Below are positions 12,905 to 25,600 of a stretch of 64,000 bases of DNA, one piece after another. Below the pieces are notes generated by a model, which worked only from the letters and a program-made list of their open reading frames with translations, did not search any database and was not told the origin of the DNA. Both the position numbers and the translations under genes were made by a program. Numbering within the stretch: the first letter of the stretch is position 1; each line of letters opens with the position of its first letter. This DNA comes from Pavona decussata. Lineage: Eukaryota. Location: the NCBI GenBank assembly GCA_977016875.1, contig CDRNST010000175.1, positions 496,001 to 560,000 of the forward strand. Direction: 5' to 3'.

Positions 12905-13586
12905 TTAACACTTTCCAGAATTTTGCTGATTTTTTGCAATGTTACTTGCAAGATCATGCTTTCTTTTCTGTACCTTTGGTCGTTTCCTGACACGAAAATT
13001 ATCTAAGACTAAACCGATCAAATTCATCACTGTCATTGCCCTCATCCTCAGCCTTTCATGTAAATGGTTTTGGAGGTCAGTCTGCTCGAGTTTTCTTCAT
13101 CCTTCAGGAAATCCCCTTTCTTCTCTGGCCTGTTACTGTAGATTGCACCTAGCTTTCTTCTTTTTCCAATCCTTTTTTTTTTTTTGGTTGTAGTCTGGAA
13201 TCTGTTAAGGTGACGGCTTGCAAAAGTATGTAGCGCAGACGCAATTCCAGGTATCACGCTACAGGTACTCCCTTCTTTGAGTTTTTCATACCTTGAAACA
13301 AACTAGCTGACTCCCACAATAAAATTTTCATCCCCACTCTTTAATTTTGAAACAATGTCATTGCACACTTCATAGACCTTTGTCTAAAGACCTTCTGCTA
13401 TGGGGTGGATTGGATGCATTTCATCAATACTGTCAACTTGACTGCTGTTGTCTGTAATGTCTGTTGGGCCTAGTGATGGTGTGGTTAAATCTAATGAACA
13501 TTGGGGTCAAGCACTGATTGTCCATTGAAGCAGACTCCATTTTGAGTTGCTTCCTCTTCCACATTTTTCTGGTGTACACCGTCTGC
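12905..13586 (-). pseudogene. Degenerate C-terminal exon of a probable MULE/SWIM-type transposase
   Basis: Acceptor at 13586. Reads ...VCNDIVSKLKSGDENFIVGVS*FVSRYEKL...IASALHTFA...(frameshift)VQSTVTGQRRKGIS...PPKP...RKRPKVQKRKHDLASNIAKNQQNSGKC*. From memory this resembles the C-terminal tail of invertebrate SWIM/MULE-domain proteins. It has stops and frameshifts, and no DDE core is visible. Confidence 0.55.
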
Positions 13587-13988
13587 CTGCTAATAACTAA
13601 CAAAGTAATCAATGCTGGCTGTTATTCTGATCTTGTTTCTAACTTGTCACCCCCCTTTGGAACCCACAATAACTATATAACTGTATAATTTGGAATTTTA
13701 TTGCATCGCTTGCAAGATGAAGTGAATCCTGTGCTCTGATTGGCTACTCGCCTGATCAAGATGGAGCCATCTTGCCCACTTAGGATTACCTGTTACCCGT
13801 TTACTCATGGATGCATATAATAAATCTTTTTATGGCCAAGCTTAGGTCAAGATGGCAGGATATTGGCCTTGTTCTATTGTTGGCAAAATTATTGATCGTC
13901 CTGTCCCTAAATTGTACCGATGCCCCCCCCCCTCCCCAAGCCCCTCACCCCCTACACACACGCACATCTTTTTAGGCTGGGATCCCTC

Positions 13989-16244
13989 CTAAAGGCTAAT
14001 CTCTTTTGTTTCACAATTATTTTGAAGGACGTAAAAAGAAGATAAGCCTCTCGCCCAAGAGCTTCGTTATGTGATACACAAGAAACCTGCAAAAAAATGT
14101 AAAAGTAAGAAACTGTATGTATGGCTTTAACATACCACTTCATCATTCATACAGAACCACCTCTGGTCCACCTTGCAGTAGCTATAATGGTGGCCACATT
14201 TGCACTTAGTACCACTTTGTACAACAACACTTTGCAACTCGTACATATTGCTGTTCTATGTAAGCAAAAAATTATAGTATAAACAATTAGAGAAGGCGTA
14301 ATCTTAACTATTTCTATAGTTGTGTACCCTTTCTTAGATAAACATTTAAATGGTAATACAGTGGAACCTCTCAAATACTGGTAAAGGCAACCTCCTATTT
14401 AATGTCAGGAAAAGTGGTTGGCTAAAAGAAGTGGTCACTGTCAGAGAGCCTGCAGACTGTAATGTTGTTAATTCTAACCTGAATCAATTTCTATAAATGG
14501 GGATGGATATGGCAAGTGGAAGTTGTGGGAAACATGAACAGAAGGCAAGTGTTTCATCAGCTAGTGGCCTGTTTCAGGTTATCCCAAAACTTTCACAAAT
14601 GTTACCATGGAAATAAGGAAAGTATGAATTTATACATCTTTTCTATAGAGTTACAGTTAAGCAACCAACCAAAATAAATACAAGGGAGTATTTCTTTCAA
14701 GCTGTTGGTAGGACTGCTGTAAATTATTGGTCAGTGGTGTTGCACATGGGAACGAGTGTGAGTTGTGTGTAAAAAACATGGCCGACAGCCTGAATAAAGT
14801 ATGATCGTTGTGTTAGCCAAGTTGTTCCTGTTCATACCTGTATCAGCTGGTCAACAAAGCTAAGTGGACTATTTCATCACTTTTCCTTTTTGAATGTCAA
14901 CCCAGTTTATTTGTAGAGATCAAAATTACTACAATCAAACTTCCCATAAGTGAACACCTCCCATAAGCGGACCAAGCACAGGTGTCTGCTTTTGAGAGGT
15001 GTCCACTTACGGGAGCTGTGCATTGGCGGAGGGTCAACTATAATACTAGTATTCTTAAAATAAAGCTATATACCGGTAATGATAGTACAGACAATAATTA
15101 GGGTATGTCACTACTTACAGCTTTTTCTAACAAAATTATATTTTACTTTCTTATTGTATCAAAAATAATTATACCTTTGATGGCTCATTCAATAGTAAGT
15201 AGTCAAACCATGCAGGGTATATCAATTTCTTCCTCAATTTGTTAATTCCTGTTCTCTCAAATCTGCAATATATTATTGCAAATATCAGGGAAAAAAGGAT
15301 CCCTTGTCTTTAGAGTTCAGGTATTAAATACAAGAAGCTAAGACAAAAATCTCCACAAAATTATGTAACTTTCAAAACCAATTCTTCGAAATAAACCTAC
15401 CTTTTTAAATGGAATGTGAGGACTTTGGGCCATTTACCAACAAATTGGTCTTTCTCAGCCCTGGTCAGCTCATTACACCTGTGTACAACACCAAGCACAA
15501 TAGGTATTGTGGGCACACGCAAACACAATCTAATATGATCTCTGTGAGACATATTGCAAATTCATGACTTCCTAACCTTTCGCAGAAGCATCGATTGTCC
15601 CCATCAAGAATTTTGGTCATATTTGTGCAAACAGTAACTACATTTTAATATTAACAATTTATTCAATTTTCTTATTTACAAAAACGTTTCCTATCATGGC
15701 CTCTTAACCATCACCATACATAGTCAAATGGAATTATCTTTTCTTATTATAAAATAGGGGTCCTCCCAATCACTGGTTGAAGCACTTGATAATATACAGA
15801 CAAAAATTCTTGATGATTGACACAAATCCTTTATGCATAGCCCATCATTGTTGATTACTGTGCTTTGCTATAACATGCCAAATCCGAAATTGAAATCACT
15901 GCCGACAGTTGCATTTTTCGCTACCGTCAATGACTGCACTGGAAGCTTTAGAAACAAAGTAACAGGATCAATAGGTCACGCTCGTGCAGTGCATGGTGAT
16001 TGGTGGATTTTGATCCACTTTGTTTGATTGACGGCAGGAAAAAATGCAACCATCTGCTCATGCAGTGTTTTGTATTTCAGATTCCACCTGTTATTGAAAA
16101 GTGCAAGTTAACTGTTACATCTACCTGTATGTCGATACTGTTATTTAACATGGTGATTGTTCTGCTGCTGACATGTTGGCACATTGTACACTTTACTGAA
16201 GTGGAGAATAAAATAGCATATTTGGAGATATTGACTTTGTTTAT
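13989..16244 (-). pseudogene. Spliced ubiquitin-specific protease (USP/UCH, peptidase C19) catalytic-domain gene, decaying, inside the transposon
   Basis: GT-AG exons 16244-16125 (FSTSVKCTMCQHVSSRT), 15637-15577 (ILDGDNRCFCER), 15478-15401 (CNELTRAEK...WPKVLTFHLKR), 15262-15175 (FERTGINKLRKKLIYP), 14255-14136 (YELQSVVVQSGTKCKCGHHYSYCKVDQRWFCMNDEV) and 14086-13989 (VSCVSHNEALGREAYLLF, 1-nt deletion before Y). The last five splice in frame. Both finger CxxC pairs, HLKRF, the His box and AYLLFY are in USP order. Cys box not found. Confidence 0.88.
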
Positions 16245-16936
16245 CTGTGCAAAATTACTACTGTCACATACCTCATGCAAACATGGGCACTATTATTTTT
16301 GTTTGTTATAGTAACTAGAATACTTCTCAATGGGAAGCCTACTACTAGTTAGCCCACTAGGGGTCAAATCCTCCACCCTGCCACTATCTGGACTTTTCTT
16401 CCATAGTCTCAAATTCAACTACTCTACAGTTTGTAAATAGCCCTCATTGGTCAGCATCCCGCCAGTTGGTTATAACATGGTGCTGGAAAGTCATTAGGGG
16501 CAGCCATGATTCACATTTGTGGCATTAATTTATTCATTTATTGTTATTATTTTTTTGATCATTATTTTTTATTTCTGTATTATTTTAATAATTGCATGTA
16601 TACAAACCTGTACTGGTTAGCTCTCCTCCAATTTCTTCATGGAAGTGAGAGGCACCACTAAAAACAGACCACCAGCCTTAAATGGAAGTGTATCGTTACT
16701 CTATAAAGTATTGGTTTAATCATGTTTTATGTCTAGCTGTGTAAGGTACAGCTTTACTGACACTCACTTGTCAACTGATAACGCCATGTCCAATCGATCG
16801 CACAGAAAACTAGTGTAAACAGAGAAATAGACGAATTTTCCACGAGTGTGACAAATTACCGCGAAATGAAAACAATTTTGCCGCCAAAACTTACATATCT
16901 CTTAGTTACCAGCTTCCCAACGAACGATCGCACTTT

Positions 16937-17425
16937 TTTCATGCCCAGTTTCTTCGTTAGTTTCCGCGGGCCCAAAAAGTGGGCGTAAAATGAAAATCGA
17001 TTTCGTTTTACGCCCACCAGAAAAATGTCTTCTGAGCTTTGAACTGTACTCAAGGAATGGTGACACTATAAAAGTTCGAGACATATTTTTTAAAGGTAGT
17101 AGAGGTTGGGTTTCCTTTGAAAGGGGCTCGATACACTAAAGACTATAAAAATGTTCGGAGGCGATTTGAGAAGTATTCTTCACAAGGTTATCCGCACTTT
17201 AATTGATCTCAGCTTATTAAAGTTACATTTCGCTAATGATGTCTGGTGTCTCAGTGTAAAAACAGGTAAGAACAACGTCTTGAGAAGCCGTGGAAACACG
17301 CGAAAGCGATCGCGAATTTACCGGAAGTAATGTTGTGTTACTCTACTTGACTTGCTAGTTACCAGTCTATCACGGTAACTGTCCGCCATCTTGAAGTGGG
17401 CGTAAAAAAAACACAATTGCCCGGC
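16937..17425 (-). repeat. Right terminal inverted repeat (~490 bp), immediately upstream of the LRR gene
   Basis: Reverse complement of 10361-10849. The element ends at 17430, 156 bp before the ATG at 17587. Confidence 0.92.
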
Positions 17426-17586
17426 CCGGGAGAAACCCCATAGCAGGGAATCGTGAGGAATGGTACATGAAGGCCTATTGAGGAGACCCCTAAGGGGAAG
17501 GAATGTGGAAACTGAAATGTAGTTAGCCATGATATCTTGAGGCGATTGTTTTCAAAGCTTAATGCCGGGATTTCAAGGCGACAAAC

Positions 17587-19594
17587 ATGTCCAAATCGCT
17601 GGCAGACCTATGCATGTTCTGCATCGCAAAAAATCTTCAAAATATCAATCGTGTGGGGACCTTCTTATCCAAAAATGACAACGAAGTTCTACTGGAATTG
17701 CTTTGTGATCATGACATGTTTACGGCAAGCAATCTGCCGCATATAACTTACCATCTTCTCTCATCTCGGCTCGAAAACATTGCTTTTCGTTACAGTCGTC
17801 AAGTGAATGACACCCTGCTACAGAACGTGGCTCACTGCGGTTGTAAACTCAAGTCTTTCATACTTAAGGATTGCCCCCAGGTGTCAGGTGAGGTTAATTC
17901 ATTGGAATCCTATAAACCCGACGATACCAGTCAATGATAGATCAATAATAAATATAATCATGCAATGATGATCAGTAGTAATCAAATTAATTAATTGATT
18001 AATATTGGAAATTAATAAAAATCGAATCTGGATGTTAAGTGATTTTCGATTTTCATTGATTTCCTTTGATAATTTTTCATTGATTTTGATTGCTATGGTA
18101 AATTAAAATCTGTTGTTTTTTAGACCCCGTTCACACGTATCCAGATATTTTTGAATCCGCAACTTTTTCTTTCCGGATACGAACAAATCCGCGTCCACAC
18201 GTTATGTGATCAGAGTGTATTCAAATCGAATTCGCCCGTCCACACGTATTCGCATTTACTCTGGATTTACTCTAGCACCTAGGACTACTTGCATAACAAC
18301 ATCTACCGGGGCACGCGTTACTGTTGTCTTGCCTTCAATATATGGTCGTAGCTCATTAGCTAATTCATAAAGGGAGCCCTGCTCCTCTGGAAATTCTCCC
18401 GCCATTCCTCTGCGATCACGATCTGATTGACAAAATTGTCCCAGCAGGGGCTGGTTCGTCCAGGTCTAACCCAGAATCATCAAGGACGGCATAGCTTTCC
18501 TGTTCGTTTAAGTTGTTTCTGCTGGCCGTTTTGTTCGGTAGACAACGTAAAGAGCTTGCAGATGTCAAGCCGCCTTCTGGCATAACCTATGTCAGCATTT
18601 AGTAGAGCGACATTTAGCTGCATACAAGCTAAAAGACTGGAAATAAGCCCAAGGAGCACAAAAGCTATTTGCCTTCGATCGGCGGCCATAATTAAATTTG
18701 CGCGGTAAACACTGGCGCCAATTTTGCGATGTCATCGTATCAGAAAATATCCGGATTCGACCGTCCACACGTATCTGAAATGTTATCAGATTCAAAAATT
18801 TCCACTCTGGAGAGCGGATTTCAAAAATTTCTGGATTTGCTTGCGAATTCACCGGATGCGTGTGGACAATAGCTGTATCTGGAAAGAAAAAGTTGTGGAT
18901 TCAAAAATATCCAGATACGTGTGGACGGGGTCTTACACACATCACATGATTTACAAAATATTCCCATTAAAGTTTAACTTTTCTGATGTATGATAAAAAG
19001 TAAAGTACAAAAGAAACAACAGTAATGGCAACATTTTGTTGTGTTTGCTGTATTGGCAACAGGCATGTCAGAACTACTTTAAATACCTTAGATGTTTTTT
19101 TGTCAGCAATGATGGAATGTTCATCATAGAGAGGTCAGTATGATATTAATAATAGAGTGTTTAAGCATGATGTTATACGTGAGCTCACGTTTGTTTGCTT
19201 TTCTCAATTTCTTAGATAAATCAATCAGAAAAGCTGAAAAAATCACACGTTCATGAGTACCCAAACCTGCTCATTTCCATGTACAAAAAGCAGACAGCAT
19301 ACTTTAATAAATTCTCGCTATTCACAAGAAAAATGCCATTCTGGCAGAATCCCTGCCAGCAGATTAAATTAAATTATTTTTTAATGTCAAGGTGTTCTTT
19401 ATAAATTAACACTTGATAATTTTAGGTATGATTTTATTCGTAACTTGGATTTTAGATAGAATACACGGCTCAATGGAAGAGCATATCTTATTTATATATG
19501 TGAATTGATACCATGTTTAAAGAAGGTGCCTACTAATACAGAAGTATTTTTGCACAGTTTATGACTATGCAGGGAAAGCAGATTTTAGCAAGGG

Positions 19595-19625
<31 letters not shown>

Positions 19626-22600
19626 ACCACGCAATTTTCAGAGATAATTAAGCAACAATTATTCTAAAAAGCAGAAAAATATAAAGCAATGTATGGCATT
19701 TTTTCCCCAAAATAATTGAAACTCTATTATCTCTGAAAAATGCATTGTTACCCCAAATTTTCTTTTTGGATACCAAGAGTACTTGCTAAGTTCTGCTTTC
19801 TGCACATATTAACCGCGCAAAAAATACGTCTGTATTGGTAGGCGCCACCCATAGAAAACCCGAGTATCTCGAGATGTGTATAACGTATGCGCAATAACAA
19901 AAGTAGGCACTGTCCTTAAATAAAGCTATGACTGACTGACTGACCCGACATACATAATCTCTGAATGAAATATAAACTTTCTCTGGGGCTGTTACAATAA
20001 AAAATTTATTAAGTGTCCCACTACGACAGATTTTACAAAAAGCTAATTCAGCTAAAACATTTTAGAATCAAAGTTTTAACCCTGTGATTTTAAAAATCAG
20101 CAATTTTGATAATCCTAAGAAACTGGAACAGGAAGAAAATATTTGTCCATCCTATCGTGAAGGTTATTGTTTAGACATAGTGCTGTTTAATCAAGTAGAT
20201 GCCTTTAAAGCCAGAATCATGCAAATACAGACCTTGTTATTCTGTTACTGATACTGGCTCAAAACAGAGCTGCTGTGTATTTATGAATGTGAATGTATGA
20301 AATTCATATAATTGTTTGATTTGGGAATGAATGAATGAATAAGTGAGAGACATTCAAACCAGAATCAAGACTTTCAGGTTGTTCTCATTTTCATAAAATG
20401 TTATTCCCATTTCATGGGGCAAAAAGAATCTTTTTTCTTTTTACCCATTTAACTCCCCCTCCCATGCCCATTTGTGAGCCTATCTGCTACCCCTGGCACA
20501 TATAAGCCCACATATATACAGTAGTTTTTTTAAGTTAACAAGGAACCAAACAAGTTTAAAGCTGTGTTTCTTTCCTAAAAAAAATTGACAGTGGCCTCCA
20601 GTAATATGCAGATTATTGTTTACAGATTTGTGTAAAACCCATGAGACTTGTCCAGATGAAGACAGGACAGGAGTGTCGTGTTTTTCATAAAGTCATAAAT
20701 TAATCATTGTGTAATTTGCTTTTTCATGCACCTTTGCTTTCAGCTGTGTATTCAAAGCGAATTACCATGTGATTACTATTCTTTTCACAAACATATGTAC
20801 CATTGGAACTAATTTCAACAAATGAATTTCAACTTGCAGTCACACTAAATAGTCTCATTGTTGATTATACTTGGGGTAGACCTGAGCATTGTTTACTAAT
20901 ATTATAGACAGATTTAATAAAACAACCATTTTAAGGACATGAGAGGACCGACAACAAGCTAAAATTCTTTGATTGTTTATGCTACATTATTAATGGGTTG
21001 GCCAACAAAAGTGCTATCACATGGTTCAGTTGCCAAAATGTATGTGTTCAGTGTGTGAAACAGGCTTAACAAAGCCATTTCAGAAGGAATCTGGTGTCAC
21101 TTATAGTAACTCACTTGTTTCCAAAATCAGTTATTAAAATTGTCTCAAGGAAAGTGTGACATTGTAGAATGTAGTAACATTTACTTATTATTAGTGTATA
21201 ATTTTGTGATTACAGACACCAATCACATAACATCATGTCACATCACATGATATGACAAGCCAAAGATCGTCTGTACGTAGGAGGCTAATCATGTTCTGGA
21301 GATGTCTAAGTTTTATAGTTAGGTGTTGACTATAGTAATCAGCCTAATTTATACCAGTAGTTAAAAAATTTGTGATAATTTTGACATAATTTGAATGTCT
21401 TGATCATTGTTGTTGTTGTTGTTTCTTAGATAAGGGGTTGTCTTCCCTTCTTAAGACTCAAACAGAGTTGGAACTTTTTCACCTCAAATTGGGCTCCACT
21501 CACATCAACCTAACTGACAAGTGTTTGACAACGCTGCACTCTCTAAAATTAACATCAGTTAAACTTGAAAGTCTTGACCAAGTCACCAACAATGGAATTA
21601 TCACCTTGGCCAAGAACTGCCCCAGTATCTGTGAACTAATGGTCCCACGATGCAATTTACTTACTGATGGCTGCTTTCAAACTGTTACAACACTTTTAAA
21701 AGGAGGATTGGTGAGTTGGCATTATTTTGTGTTTTTTCTTATGATTCAAAAATAAATTTGATACAACCAAAACCATGTCCCCAGAATTTTCTCGGTGTTG
21801 CTTTTCAAGGTGGGGGTGGGAGAAAGTCTTGGTGAGGGCCTGATTACATGGAAAAAGAAATTTCAGAAACCTTGGACGTTTTTTATCATGTGATCTTGCT
21901 ACAAAAATGGAACCTAAACTTTGGCATGCATTTCCAACCTTATTCCAGGGTTTTTTTTTTCCATATTTATTATGGCAAGGTCACAAGAAAACATTTCTAT
22001 CATTTTTTGGAGATTTTTTACCAAATGACCTAGCTGCTAGCCTTAACAGAAGTTTCTCCCAACCTGCTGCCAGCCTTTTTGCTGCCGTGTATGCTACAGA
22101 AGGGATGATCAGTATTCCCCTGTCATCAGTTGAGCACCAACCTCACTGTGATTGCAAGATGTTAGACTCAATATCAGCTATCAGGGTGGTGGATACTGAT
22201 GATTGTGACTTTCAGCACTCCTCAGCTGCCTTCTTTCCCATCTTCTTGGTAGTTACCAACCTATCTCCACCCCTGCCAAGGCCCATATTGATAGCAGTTG
22301 TATATAAACTGAGGTGGTTACCCTGTCCCCTGTCTTAATACATCTTCATTGGTTGCCTGTTTCATACCGGATCATGTTTAAGCATGTTCTATTTGTTTAT
22401 AAATCATTGAATGGTCTTTGCCGGCAATATCTAATGGAACTCCTCGAACATCGGAAATCAACTCCGTCTCTTTGCTTGAACTCTCAAGACCGACTAATGC
22501 AGCCAACTTGTAAAACCAAGACATATGGGGCTTTCTCTGTTTGCACCCCAAAGCTTTGGAACACTGTTCCTTTGGAAATACGACGTTCCAGTACACTTTT

Positions 22601-25600
22601 ATTATTTAAGAAAAAAACTCAAGACTTTCCTTTTTATCAAATTTATTGAGAGTAACTCTTTATCATATTTTTAAATTTTAGATTCTAGTTTTTTTTAGGT
22701 ATTTTGCTAGTCTTAGTTTTCTAAGTTATTATTAGGGTAAATGTTTTTCGTTAAGCGCCTCAGACAAATAATGAATGCATGCGCTATATAAATGAACTAT
22801 TATTATTATTTTTATTTATTATTTTTTATATAATTATATATAATGCCAGATACATTCTCACCTATTAATATTACATCACAACTGTCGCATTGCATAGCGC
22901 CAGCCTTGCAGTAGTACTAATATAATTATGGCTAAAATGATATTATCATTGGAAATTTTCCATATAACAGGAAGTGTTAGATATCTCTGGTATACATCTG
23001 CTGACTGATTTAAGCCTTGTGGCTATTGGTTCAGGCAACTGTCCCCGCCTCAGAGAGTAAGTAAACTTATTTACTGGAACTGTTACCTTAATTGTCTTTG
23101 TACTTGGTGGCACGCAAGGCCTCAGAATTATTAGTGGAGCTGCTGGATAACCTACATGTAACTGAGCAAAAAAGCATTTTCTCATTGTCAATTTTAAAAA
23201 TAACATTTTTTGTAAATAAATGCAATTTAACGGAGTTAACAACAAAGAGCGCAAGTGTTGCTCCATAACCAGCGGTTTATCTTTGGGCGCATGCGCCAGA
23301 AGTCCACGTGCTCACAGTATATTCAATGTTCTTGCTGCATAGGCCTAGCAAGTGTTTGCATAGCGGTTTTGTCGGAAGCTTCTGTTTCTCCCCCTCCCTT
23401 CCCCCCTCTGTCTCTTCCACTGTTTTATCAGTGTGAGGGGTGGCTGTGTTCCCTTGAGGGCCTGGGGGCTTGTGGCTGGTTTGCCAGGATTTGCCAGCCA
23501 TGGGAGCGGTCTCAATCTAGGAGCTGGCTGCCAATAGAGCAAGCTCATGGATATCACAGGCACCCAACTTCCACTTCGTGATGCTGTTTTTAATGTTTAT
23601 TGAATTATTCGCTTTGATGTACATGTTGTAAAGAGTAAAGAAGCTCTACTAATGGCTTACTCTTATAGCCTTTTTTCAGAATTAAATTTTTTTTCAGAAA
23701 TGAAATAATATTTAGTAATTATTGTGTAAGTATAAGGTCTGTCTTTGAATTAGAGGCCTTTACTGTTGTAATGAGGGTTGATAACCAAACTGTCTGTCCC
23801 CACACAGACTCAAACTTGATGGATGCACCATGATTTCTGGACTAGGCCTAAAGCAGGTAGTTATAAATTCTTATTTTTTAATGGCCAACATGCTAAAGTA
23901 ACAGGAGCAAATTATTAGGTTATGTGGAGCCTGTATCGTATGGTGTGTGACCAATCATCAGTATTATACTGCACTTGATGTGCTTCAAATGGTATAAAAG
24001 TAGGGAACTATCAGGCCATGTTGGTGGAGGACATTAACCCTTGATCTACCAGAATTAATGCATTTTTGTTTTGGATGGGCTTTATTTAGTTATTTTGTTA
24101 AGGGTCTACTGGTATAAAAGTCAAACCCACTCTTTGCATGTAACAAATATAAAAACATGCTATGGAAATGTTACCTGCAAAAAATTTGCTTTAGTTGCTG
24201 TAAATTGGATACATTTTTTGCATTGTCCACTAAACAAAGGGCCGAATTAATGCATATGGTGGCAAGATAAAGACAATGTGCCGTATAATTCACTAATGGC
24301 AGATGCATGGGAAAAAACTGGCACAAGGCATCAAAACAGGCATGTTAGGATAAACAAAAAATAATTTTCCTGGGAGTGCAAGCTCACTGAGAGACTATCC
24401 TGCGATAATTTGTGATTGCTACATGATGGAAACCGATAAACACTAGAACTTGATGAACTCGTTCGGAATAAGTGATCAGAAAACTTTGCTATTTAGAAAC
24501 TCTGTAGTTATATCCGCTGATTACTCTCACTGTTAGCTTGTACTCTCTAAAAAAATGTTTTTTGTTTATCCTAAAACGCCTTGCTTTGGTGTCCCCCATT
24601 TGTGAATACGGTGTATAAATAAAATATTTACAAAAAAAAAAATAAAAATAAATGGAAAGTACAAGAATATTATAGGGCTACAAATATTTAGATTGTTTGC
24701 TTTTTTTTTAGGGGAGGAGGGGAGGGTTGTTTATGTGGTGTACCTTCTTGGTTTACACTGAGTGTTGTTTTTAACTGCCTTAGGTTACTCAAGGTTGTCC
24801 TCAGTTGGCAAATCTTGATATCAGTTACTGCTACAGAATTTTAAAAGAAGGCACTTCAACAGTTGGAGCTAATGCATTCCCCACAAATCTGACAGATCTG
24901 ACTTTACATGGAGTACAAATGTCCGCAGAATTACTAACTGAGCTTGTGGATAAACTAACATATATAAAAGTATTGACTTTATGTGGAATGATGGCAGTGG
25001 ATGATGACACACTGGATAATGTGAGTAAATTAAGTTTTAAAATGAGTACAAAAGGAGTTCTTACTTTGTGTTTGTTGTACTACGTACTGCAGATAATTCA
25101 CTTTTAGTTTGTCAAATTTCGATCATTACTTAAAATAATTGTTCCTGCAAATTTTAAATACTTTCAGACAACTTCAAGGGAAAAGAATTTATTTGTACGA
25201 TTATTTTAGAATTTATTGTTTAAACCTTACATTAAACACTACTTACAATACATATACATGTAAAAATAAAGGTAAAAATAATACAAAATTTCACAGTGCG
25301 ATAAATCTCATTTGGTATCAGTCATATAAAGCAGTCAGATCAAGACATTAACACTGAAAATTTCCATTTCTATCTCCTATCGCAAAATGTAAATGTGCAA
25401 TCAACTTTAAAGAACCAAGATAATGTGTGAGTGAAAGGCTAAGGGTAAAAAAGGAAACTAAAATTTTACAATAAATTTCATTCAGGGTTGAAATCTATCA
25501 CCAAAAACGTAAATACTGAAAATTTTTGGATACGCATAGCAATAAACACTGAGTACCGCAGCGCTTAAGACTCTGTAATTTCCATTTTTAACAATTTTAG

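Larger units (their letters stand above)
10350..17430 (-). mobile_element. ~7.1-kb long-TIR DNA transposon, probably Mutator-like (MULE), non-autonomous, carrying USP cargo
   Basis: 10361-10849 is the reverse complement of 16937-17425 with only scattered differences. AGAAACCC flanks both ends (10342-10349 and 17431-17438), a candidate 8-9 bp TSD. The interior holds minus-strand USP exons and a probable transposase C-terminal remnant. The superfamily is inferred from TIR length, TSD size and the remnant. Confidence 0.8.

Noticed and set aside
16300-16760. Search for the USP Cys box (GLxNxGNTCY/F)
   Set aside because: Not found by eye. The region appears to be repeat-derived or degenerate, so a functional USP is not claimed.
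22030-23580. GC-richer intronic ORFs (21907-22338, 23255-23581, 23345-23563)
   Set aside because: No recognisable domain and no consistent splicing. Probably repeat remnants in LRR-gene introns.
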